A DNA stretch of 52,053 nt from Nemertoderma westbladi (taxonomy: Eukaryota; Animalia; Xenacoelomorpha): positions 1 to 52,053 of the forward strand of contig JAUCBJ010009001.1 in assembly GCA_032718475.1 (NCBI GenBank), read 5' to 3'. Shown one piece after another: positions 25,503-36,274 of this stretch. The notes below the pieces were generated by a model. The model searched no databases. It worked only from the letters and a program-made list of their open reading frames with translations, and was not told the origin of the DNA. Within the stretch, counting starts at the first letter, position 1, and every line of letters begins with the position of its first letter. The position numbers were made by a program, and so were the translations under genes.

Positions 25503-28500
25503 CTGCCGTGAAAAGGTAAAGCACCCAATCTCAAAAAAATCGAAAATGTTATTCTTTCACATTCTAATGTGATTTTGTGCGCCCTTTCATGTGAGCTGTA
25601 TCATAAAATCCCATTCCTGTAGCAAAGTGATGTTTCTGATATAAAAACACCCTATTTAGTATGTCTGTTACCTATAACAAGGATTTACACATACTTTCTA
25701 AAATATAGGGTGTTTTCCCCCAAACATAATAAACTTACTTTATTCGGCGACTTCATAGATATAGTAATTAGCATAGCACTGAGATTTAGAGTAATTAGCA
25801 TAGCACTGAGATTTCCGCTATGTAAAAACACCCTATATTACTGAAATCTATTGTGATTGGATACTTAAATATATTCAAAAACGTGTCATTGGTTAAATTA
25901 TATAGGAACATTTGATTAAACCCGTGATACACCAGTGCGACTCTGTAACAATAGGTATTATAATATCTCTTAAGATATAGGATTTCCAGCCAAAGTAAAA
26001 CAACCTAAGTAAAAAAATAGACACCCTATAGCTTCATTTATCAATGTAGCCAAGGAAAAACACCCTAAGTGGGATAATTGTTGTTTTAATCAGATTATAT
26101 TTTAAAAAGAAAGTAATTTCAAAATGACCCAAATTAGAAATTACTACTACTACTAGGTCGAGCGAACTCGGACAGTGGAAATGAGATCCTTCCAGACTTC
26201 CTAATTCTCCAACTACTACTAGGTCGAGCGAACTCGGACAGTGGAAATGAGATCCCTCCAGGCTTCCCGATTCTCCATAGTTGTCGCAATTTCGTTTCTC
26301 CCAAGTTCAGTATCCCTTTCAAGTTGATCTATATATGTTATGGCCGGTTGTCCACGACTACGCTTTCCATGAGTTGGTTGCCGCCAGAAAAGTAGATCTG
26401 GTATGACCTCGTCTTTACTTCTCCAGCAGTGCCCACTGAATCTTAATCTGCGTTCACGGAGGGTGGTTGATACAGGTGGTATTGTACCATAAAGCTCGGC
26501 GTTTGTCATGTGTTGGCTCCAGCTGATGCTTAGGGCTGCCCTTAGTAGTCTTGTGTAGCAACCATCAATTCGTTGTTCAAGTGATTTAGTCAGTGTCCAG
26601 GTCTCACCCCCGTATAAAAATACACTTTCCACTGTGGCTCGAAAGGACTTAGTCTTCAGGTGCCTGGAGAGATCTGATTTCCAGATGGTATCCATTTTTG
26701 ATAGAGCTACCTAAGCCTTTGCTTTCCTAACTTCTATGTCCTTTTTGATACTCTCTATCCATGATCCAAGGTACTGGAAGTCGTCGACCTTCCTTAGTTG
26801 ATTATGATCAATGGATGTCAACTTTCCATCAACATTAAAGGTCATGAATTCGGTCTTGGTAGCATTTATATGAATCCAACCTCCTTAGCAGCCCTCTCCA
26901 CTTTATTTAGTAGAAGCTGTGCATCTGCTAGCGTATTAGAGAGCAGGGCAGGAGTTGCCGGATATCTACTACTTCTGCGTTCTTGAAGTGTGAATCCAAG
27001 ATCTTCACCCTTTGTGGCCGTCCTCATTGCGTAATCCAGCACAATTACAAATAGTAATGGTGCTAATGTGTCACCTTGCAGTACGCCACCCAGGATTGAG
27101 AAAAACTCAGTTTCACCATCTGGTGAGAGTACCTGCGCTTCTGTGTCACAATATAACAATCCAATGCCAGCAACAATTACTTCTGGTAATCCATAAGCTC
27201 TTAGTATTTCAAGCATTTTGCCTCTATGGATGGAGTCGAATGCCTTCTTGAAGTCCACAAAAGTCATGACTGCGGGGCGGGGAGATTCTTTGACATAATT
27301 CCTTCAATCAGTCTCCGTAGTGCAAGTATCTGAGCTATTGTTGATCTACTTGGTCGAAATCCGTTTTGGCTCTTACGCAGTAGTTTCTCTATGTGAGGCC
27401 TATTCCTATATAGAATCATTTTATTGTATATTTTGGCAGCTACCACAAGCAGACAGATCCCACGTTAGTTTGTTGGTATACCGAGGTCTCCTTTCTTGGG
27501 GAGAGGCTTTAGTTGACCTTTAGTCCAAATTGGTGGTGGCTTTTCCCCTTTTAACATCCGGTTGCAAACATTCAATAATGGTCTCTTTAGCACTCCGGTT
27601 TTCCATACCTCCGCTGGGATTTCATCTAATCCACTCGCTTTATTATTAGACATGCTTTTAATGCTCCTTTGGAGTTTGGCAGGTGTGAAGTCCCCTGTTT
27701 CTTTGGTAGTGTCTTGTCATTAATTTTCCTTGTAGGGCTGACCTCGATGTTTGGTGGCTGCCCAAGCAAGTTGCTGAAGTGATTTTTCCACTTCCCAACA
27801 CGTTCTTCGGGACTATCGGCTTTGAGGGAGGCGCCCCTTTGCCCAACTTTTCCGACCAGATACTCATTTACAGTTTGCCAGGTAAGTCTTGATTGTTGCT
27901 GTATGTGAGCAGTTGTAATCAATTTTCAATCCAAAAGTTCAATTCAAAGTAATTCAATTTTATCCTGTATGTACTTTTCCTGGCTGATGTTGTAGGCCAA
28001 TATAAGATCATCCTTAGCTTTCTCAACCTTGTTGTTTTCGGTTGTTGGTTGTTCGGTTTTAACTTTGTAGGCTATCTTAAGATCTTCTTTCTTACAAGTA
28101 ACCTCAGAGTTTTGCCAAGGCACATACTGTTTTCGTTTGGGTTTCTGGGGAATATGCCTTTCAGCTGATTCCTTGTGGGCTGTTATTATATTCTGGTATA
28201 TTGAATCGGTGGATTGGTCTTCATCCACTGACTGAAGTGCTTCGAAGCGGTTTTGAACTTCTACTGTGTAAGCATCCTTTACAGCATTGTCAGTTCTGAG
28301 TTTCTCCCAGTCATAGTTGATTTGCTTGCTTGTCCTGGGTTTGCTTGCTCTCAAACTGAGTCTGATCTCGGCGGTCACAATTCTGTGGTGCGAACCAATT
28401 AGGTTGAACGAGCTGTATGCCTCGCAGTTGATCATGCTGTTTCTCCACTTTTTCGGTTAAATATACATTAACCAATTAATAATACTTATACCAGGTGCTG

Positions 28501-28580
28501 AAAGGTGGCATCAAACGAGTTTACATCATGTTCTCAAAACTCACTTTTTGCAGATAGGGTGTTTTACCTTTCCAAGGCTG
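25503..28580. mobile_element. Non-autonomous TIR DNA transposon (Tc1/mariner-pogo-like, ~0.75 kb) interrupted by an RTE LINE
   Basis: Imperfect ~37-bp TIRs: ACTGCCGTGAAAAGGTAAAGCACCCAATCT versus reverse complement ACAGCCTTGGAAAGGTAAAACACCCTATCT. TA follows the right end. Internal AAAACACCCTA motifs recur. Confidence 0.6.
26142..28455 (-). mobile_element. 5'-truncated, degraded RTE-clade LINE with (TAG)n tail
   Basis: Fragments in colinear order: APE end (GSHHRIV), KASGLDEIPAE, QNGFRPSRST, FVDFKKAFDS, GVLQGDTLAP, RRLRFSGHCWR. Several frameshifts. The stop runs directly into TAG repeats. Confidence 0.92.
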
Positions 28581-29436
28581 TATACACCACACAAACAGAA
28601 AGTGATTAATTTTTTACGGCATTTTGTTCAGCAATCGGTTCGTATTAATTATGTTACAATTTTTTTTGTCAATATGCCGTTGTGACAAACAATTATAAAA
28701 CATTTTACATTTTAATTCACTCATTATCTATAATAGAGGTGAGTGTACAGCACCAATGCTGGTTATTGATGTATTATTTTACACATTTTTCTATAATTAT
28801 CTTTACATCTTGGAGGCCAAACGTTTACATTTCCTTTATTCACATATTGTACATCATTTCCATCTAACTCCTATGTATTATAAGTTATCGGCTAACTAAC
28901 GGTGTTTCTTTGTCTTTATAGTCCGTATCTGTCTAAGTTAGACACCTTTTGCGTTTCGTATGTCAACATTTTAAATTTAATTTCTGGTGTGTTATTTCAT
29001 GGATTTAATATTTATTATTTATATTATAATTGTTTTGATTAGTTTTTTTATATATTTTTATTCAGTAACTTTCTGGGGGCGGTAATGAGGTTTATCTGGG
29101 GGTGGGTAGACTCAGTCTGCCGTGTTGCAGTAGGGGGCTCATTCCAAAGTAAAGTACGGGACATTCGTACACAATTTTGAACTTTGATTGCCTGCGCAAT
29201 GTTATCCACAGCATATATGTGCACAAAATTGTGCTTGGATTAAACTTTCGAATATCAGCTTTGATTTCGTGAAGCTTATGGCGGGACTTAGTCACTTTTG
29301 AGAAAACACCAGCTTGTCCAATTAAGGTAAAGTACGGATTCGTACGAAATGGTTTTTTTTTTATTTTATGATTTCAATTCTAAAATTTAGCGAATTGTGC
29401 GCAGGTACGGTGTTGAGTTGATGTTTAGGATAAAGC

Positions 29437-29700
29437 TTTATTATTAGGAGCCCGCTCGACAGGCGGGATACTTACTGTAAAAATCTGCGGGATAGTTACT
29501 GTAAAAATCTCAGGATATATAACACTGACTGACTGATAATTATCTAGGTTCAGGCACTTCCTGCCTAGCGATTTTGTTGAAATTTTACAAGTAAATTGCT
29601 TTGGTGGTTCATAATCGCGTTACAAAATATCAGATCAATTCTATGTGTGTGGTATTCGATATATTTCGTTTTTTGAAATTATTTTGTCGCGAAATTAAAA
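29437..29700 (+). mobile_element. Possible Helentron-associated (DINE/HINE-like) non-autonomous fragment
   Basis: TTTATTATTAGG followed by a CCCGC-N7-GCGGG hairpin, (ACTG)n and a CGATTTTGTTGAAATTT motif reminiscent of such elements. Resemblance only. Confidence 0.3.
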
Positions 29701-30544
29701 GCAATGGTAAAGTAACAACTCCTCCCTGAGATGCAGCATCTATATAGCTGTGTAGGAATGGTTGAGTACAGGGCTGCCTGAGATAGAATTCCATCAAGGC
29801 AGAATTTCTTGACTACACCCTTTCTGCTGCTGGCTGCTGGCTGAGTCTACACATCCTTATCAGCTCTCAGGGATAGACAGAAAATAGTTGAGTTGTCAAT
29901 AAACAAAATAAAATATACAACTGCAGTAGGATTATATTATTATTATTCCACGAATCATTGGGCTGATTATTTTGTATAGGATATACTGATATATGTAGAA
30001 TGTTCTTAAAAATAATATTCTTATTTTTTTTTATTACATAGGATTAGCATCATTTTGCTCATGGTAACAAATAATTGAGAAAAACAGATGTCCATTCCTG
30101 TAACACTTGTCCCACAGTGTAACGCCCGATATCAGCCAATCAGAGCCCTTGAATGGTGATTTCCAATGCCTGTAACAATTTTTCCCACCATGTAACACCA
30201 GTTGTAATTACACTGAAATGTTAAATTAACCTAGATTTCGTCTCTGAGTGGGAACTATGCAGCCATTCCTGATCCCTGCTGTAACACCGCCCAATAAAGC
30301 TTATTTGAAAATATAATCAATCATAAGAAATCTTTATGGTCCCTATTTCTGGAAAAATTATAAAATATTATAGTTTATCAAATGAACATAAAGAGTTTAT
30401 TAAAACATTTTAACCACTTTAGGTACTTTAGTGACGATTTATATGAAAATTCACAAAGTATGACGAGTTTATTACCGAGTTTATAACTGTATATCACTAT
30501 GGCTGAGCAGTTAGTCAAAACCTATAAATTGTTCATCAGTTTCA

Positions 30545-31765
30545 TCTCCACCCTCCACAGAACCTCCAGTACTCCCCACTCCATCTTCTACACCCTCCAT
30601 AGATTCTCCTGTATTCCAAACGTTATCTTGTATAGCCGCCACGGATCTTCCCATACCCCCCACTCCTTCAAAACCTGTAAATTGTTCATTATCACTTTCA
30701 TCCCCACCCTCCACAGATCCAACTGTACCTTCCACTCCATCTTCCCCACCCTCCTCAGATCCTCCTGTACTTCTCACCCTGTCTCCCACACCCTCCACAG
30801 ATCCTCCTGTACTTCTCACCCTGTCTCCCACACCCTACACAGATCCTCCTGTACTTCTCACCCTGTCTCCCACACCCTTCACAGATTCTCCTGTACTTCT
30901 CACCCTGTCTCCCACACCCTCCACAGATCCTCCTGTACTTCTCACCCTGTCTCCCACACCCTCCACAGATCCTCCTGTACTTCTCACCCTGTCTCCCACA
31001 CCCTCCACAGATCCTCCTGTACTTCTCACCCTGTCTCCCACACCCTCCACAGATCCTCCTGTACTTCTCACCCTGTCTCCCACACCCTCCACAGATCCTC
31101 CTGTACTTCCCACTCCGCCTCCTACACCCTCCACAGATCCTCCTGTACTTCTCACCCTGTCTCCCACACCCTCCACAGATCCTCCTGCACTTCCCATTCC
31201 GTCTCCCACACCCTCCATAGATCCTCCCATACCTCCCACTCCGTCTCCCACACCCTCCACAGATCCTCCTATACTTCCCACTCCGTCTCCCAAACCCTCC
31301 ACAGATCCTCCTGTACTTCCCACTCCGTCTCCCACACCCTCCACAGATCCTCCTGTACTTCCCACTCCGTCTCCCACACCCTCCACAGATCCTCCTGTAC
31401 TTCCAACCCTGTCTCCCACACCCTCCGCAGATCATCCTGTACTTCTCACCCTGTCTCTCACACCCTCCACAGATCCTCCTGTACTTCTCACCCTGTCTCC
31501 CACACCCTCCACAGATCCTCCTGTACTTTTCACCCTGTTTCCCACACCCTCCAAAGATCCTCCCATTCTCCTCTCGCACCTCTACCTACTGCTCTCGCAC
31601 TAACTACTCCTCTCACTCCTCCAACTGCTCCCCTTCCACATCTACTTTTTCCCCTCGCACCTCCAACTGCTCCCCTTGCACCTCTACCTTTTCCCCTCAC
31701 ACCTCCAACTGCTCCCCTTGCACCTCTATTTGTTTCCCTCCCACCTCTAACTGCTCCCCTCACGG
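30545..31765. repeat. 42-bp C-rich minisatellite (CACACCCTCCACAGATCCTCCTGTACTTCTCACCCTGTCTCC)n with degenerate ends and a 21-bp-period tail
   Basis: Visible period 42 over ~30760-31560; degenerate 21-bp units over 31563-31765. Confidence 0.95.
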
Positions 31766-32014
31766 AGCTCCCAATCTCGCTCTCCCAATCGCAGAAGATA
31801 GATCTACGATGGACCGCATTCAATATAAGATCAGTATTATAGTCCTATGTTTATTTACTATCAGTATCTTGATACCGGAACAGCAAGCTGATGTCTAATA
31901 AGTAATGAAATGTGGTCTCTATTCTATACCGTAGTCACATATTGTCTGTATCAGTGTCTTATAACTGGTTCTGGTTAGGATTAGTTTGTTTAGTAGTCAA
32001 TAGTAAACTCTATG

Positions 32015-33209
32015 TGTTCGCGCTTTCAGACCTTTGGCAGTTTAACCCGCCAAATTAAGATGTCTTCTAGATATTAAATCGCTTTTTAGCCTATGACAAG
32101 TATTTGATTCACTACACTAGTCGAAACCAATCCGTGCGCGACCATTCACCCGCTGGATATTCCCGGGAGATTGGGTTCGACGGTTTAATTTTATTGCTAT
32201 GTAAGCTTAATGTATTATTCGACTGACAGTATTATATAATCTCTGACAATATTATTCACCTTCGGTAATATTAACAGTTCCTTTAGGACGTGGCGCTTTA
32301 TCTACTTAAACAGAGTTATGACTTAAACTACTCACAACGATATGGCTTAATTATAATTCACATATATGGCGCATTCTTTAGGAATGCTTCTTTAACAGAC
32401 TCACTCATACACAATGCTGCACAATACTGCACACTAATCTGCCGATCTTCACTGATTTTAGTCACATATAAAAGGAACACAGACTGACTCATGTAGGGTC
32501 TATCAAATAACATTAGATTCACTTCAAACCACTTTAACATAAGTCACAATCGTTTATCTGTAACCTTTCTCTCTTACCTTCGGTATATCAAGAATATTGG
32601 GTGTCGGGGTTATTTCTCGTTATTCCAATATAATAATTCATCAACAAATATAATGAATAACCGACAACAAATAGCAGTATGCAGTATTCACAAAGCCAGT
32701 TATGCAGTACTGCAGTATGCAGTGATTACGAAATTGCAGAGTGTTTGTTTCGTCAGTTAAAGGATATATGTCCTTGTAATTAAACCTACTAGTGTTGAGC
32801 TAAAAAGCAGAAAGCACAAAACACTAAAAAGCCGTTCTTTCGTGGCTTTGAAAAACTCGTGACTACTGCTCTATACGAGTATACCAACCACTCTTATTCC
32901 ACGAAGCTCCCGTTCAACACAGAGAAAGAGCAGTGAGATAGGAAATTTTCAGTTCAGTACTCTGCGATTGGTCAAAATCAAGGCTAACTCAAATTCTATT
33001 GGGAGATACAAAAATAAGGCTATGACGCAACCTCCCTAGGCTTGTTGGCCGATTAAACAGAGCCCAGATGCCTGCGTATAGCAAATCAGCCAATAAGCTG
33101 GTAACTTGCACTATTTTTAGCTGTAGATCACTTTGAGAGTATTCTTAGCGACTGGGGGGGAACTGGCCAACAAGGCAAACGAATCAGTTATCCCACAAAA
33201 GCTTTTACA
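32015..33209 (-). repeat. 3' LTR (~1.2 kb)
   Basis: TGTTCGCG...AAAAGCTTTTACA. The left ~660 bp is nearly identical to 43415-44072. Minus-strand AATAAA near 32190. Confidence 0.88.
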
Positions 33210-33220
33210 CCGCTCCCAGA
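33210..33220 (-). promoter_or_regulatory. Polypurine tract (minus strand TCTGGGAGCGG) abutting the 3' LTR
   Basis: Plus-strand CCGCTCCCAGA immediately after the LTR end, the expected PPT position for a minus-strand element. Confidence 0.7.
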
Positions 33221-34314
33221 AAATGGGATTTAAGTCTATAAAATATACAAAATCACAGTTTCTAAAATATAAAAATACTCTAAACAGTTAGTCTTTCTTG
33301 CGCGGACGGCGTTTACGCAGTTTTTTAAAGCTATCAAGAGTCATTTTCTCTTTGGGGGAAGCCACTTTACTAGGAGGGCCATAACTCCTGGGTGAAGGGT
33401 GCAATATGATTGCATTAAAAGGTTTGGGTTTACGGTCGGTGTCTCGTCCATTTCGATATGCTTCTCCTCGAGCTGATTTTCCTCCGCTCGTAGCTGGATA
33501 CGTTCATCCAAAAACTCTCGCAGAGAATAGGATCGTCTAAGTTCGATAACTTCTTAGAGATTCTGGATTTCCCAATCGAATTGAGATAAGGCCAATTCGT
33601 TTATCGATTGGACTTACTGTTATAACTTACGTTTATCTGAACAAACGCAGGTTTCCTTTTTGATCTTTATAGAATAGCGTTTAACTCGTTTCGTACAACG
33701 CTCTCCTTCACCTTGATGAGGGGTTGTATCGCGTTAAACGGGGACGACCATACGGTTGGATAGTGATATTAGGTGTCTGCGTCATAATCCAGCTAGGTAA
33801 GATGGGCGGCTAGCTAGAAATCACTGTCGGAGTGTTACCGATTAATTGTTAGGGTAGCACTAGATCTTGAACAGTGAATACCGTCCGCGAGGATCCGCGA
33901 CACCACCAAGATCGCAGGTCTGAGGTCCAACTAAGGAATGAGGAGGTTTGACCGAGTATTCCGGGACTCTGATCGTAGGTTTACTCTAGGATCGTTAGAG
34001 CCGAGTGAGCATAGGTGATACGTCAAACAAGTTTCGCTCGAAACTCCAGTAAATATAACGAACACAACTGTGTTTAACACAACGTTTCCGTGGATGTTTA
34101 TGTCTTTCGGTTTATTGGCTGGGTCTAGGGCATTTACCGTAATAATACCAAAGACGCACGTCTGGTAGGGGAAACGCGGGTGATATTTATTTGTTGTTAC
34201 AATGCGTCTATCAAGAATTCCAAATATACGTTGGAGTTGCCGCGTTTATTTGTTTCTTTAGTGTCTTTTCTTTCGAGTCGATTTCGAATAGAATTTTCGT
34301 ATTCGAATTTCAGT

Positions 34315-34620
34315 TTATGGTTCCGACTCCGCTGGGCAGGATATATAGTCGACATAGTCCGTATGGTGTAAATCGATAGGATGACCAGTAGTTAAGAAGA
34401 CCATATACGTACCATTACGCTGCGTATATCGAGCAGCGAATTTTCTATAGTCCAACTCGCGCGCGAGCTGCTCTTGGGACATTGGCGGTTCGATATAACG
34501 ACCATCGTCCTCCGCAGCAGTTGGACTAACGTCGCCGCGTATTAAGCTATCAACAAACGCTTGTAAAAGTAGAGTATATCGCTCCCCGATACCAAGAACA
34601 TCTTCTATCAACTCCGTCAT
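34315..34620 (-). CDS. Small accessory ORF of unknown function inside the LTR element (~101 aa from MTELIEDVLG)
   Basis: Same strand as Gag. Minus-strand TATAAA ~37 nt upstream of the ATG (34657-34662). No recognised domain. Confidence 0.35.
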   Translation of the reverse strand: MTELIEDVLGIGERYTLLLQAFVDSLIRGDVSPTAAEDDGRYIEPPMSQEQLARELDYRKFAARYTQRNGTYMVFLTTGHPIDLHHTDYVDYISCPAESEP

Positions 34621-36274
34621 GTCTGCTATATATGAGTTTATCCATATTATAATGAGTTTATATTTAGGCGAGCGGGCGTCGCTGCCTACCCCAATCAACC
34701 CCCGGACAGTACGAGATCCTCAGCGCCGATGTGTCGTCGCCGCTGTACTTTCGCCAACGACGTAGCCGCACAACGACAACGACAACCGACACAAGTCACT
34801 CGACTGTCCGTCCCAAAGACTTAGATGCACTTCAGGTTTTCCTTGGAGAGTTAGGTTACTTTTACGATTGCGACTCGCTACTGTAAACACACCTTAGTAG
34901 TAACATTCACCTATAAACTCACAAATACCACGCACACAACTTGTCACAAATTACACACATTCGGGCCATTTGTCCGTTAGTCAATGCCTTCCAGAATGTC
35001 ACTGTATTATTATGTATCCTCGGATACTAGCAGTGCGCTATTTATTCCCTATGCTATTCAATGGGACAAGCTTTCTATTGTTCTTTTAACTCAATTCTAA
35101 TTCTAGCGTGGTTTTTGCTATGGTGACATTATGCAAAGCTAGCGGTAGAATTAGGGTGATTCCAATGCATACAGATCTGGGATGTTATTTAATAGTAATT
35201 CTTTAATAGTCAACGTCCTGTTTATGCATGACTTTACGAATTTTATCGGCTATTAACTATGTTTGGGAGACTTTCTTACACGCATACGCATAATAATATA
35301 AATCTCCGCTCCCTTGATCTATTAATTAATGAAATTTTGGGAATGTTATAAATTGCGTAAAATGGCAATTTATTAAATTCATTAAAACATGAATTTAAAT
35401 TTATTCCCTGAAATTTTATTATTTGATAATTAAATGGACATATTTTGATTCTAGAACATGTCTAGGGACACAAGATCCTTAATTCTAAGAAAATTGTCTC
35501 TTTAAGAATATCGGTAAATGCTACGATATCTTAATTGACTAGAATTGTTGAAGGATCTGAATTTTACAGATTTTGACTTATTTGATTTGTAAATATTAAC
35601 TAATTAATATTTGAGATGGGCACCGATTTATTCCAGAACTTGTCTGGGGACGTTAACCACTGATTCTATAATTTGTCTTTCAAGTATATCGGTGGGTGCC
35701 ACGATATCTTAATCGACTAGAATTACAGATGGTCAAAGGGTTTAACAGATTTATTTTGCGTTATACGCTACTGTTAAAGGGACATCACGCTACTATATGT
35801 ATTATTTAATATACGGTATGAGAGCAATATCGCACGAAGCAATGTCAGTGTGAAGAGGCAAGTCGTTTCCAAGGTCTACCCAGAGCTTGGTTTAGCCGAG
35901 ACACGAGGATCTGAACTTTGCATTCCTAATACTCTGCCTACCAATAATACTTAAATATAGTAGTGGCTTTATTGTACTTTAATAAGTACGGACATTTCAT
36001 CTTACTGTAGTCACGTATTTATAATATGATACGGACAGTAAGGAAAGAGGAAAAGAATTATTTCTTGCCGTCGCATTAAATATAATATATACGTAATTAA
36101 GTAATAAACGCGAATATATATTGCACTAATCTACTAAATAATCGCTAAAATAACATTCTACTGAATAAAATTAAAGAAAACGATTATAATAAAATTACAT
36201 AGTAATACATACATAAATATAAAAATAATAAAATAATATAAAATAATAGAGTCACACACCCACTCCATATGTTG

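Noticed and set aside
30499-31842. 447-aa His/Ser-rich ORF and 274-aa CGGC-repeat ORF (metallothionein-like look)
   Set aside because: Both are translations of the 42-bp minisatellite; multiple frames are open and there is no unique domain.
32290-32540. Small ORFs duplicated at 43682-43933
   Set aside because: They lie within the LTRs and differ by a frameshift between the two copies.
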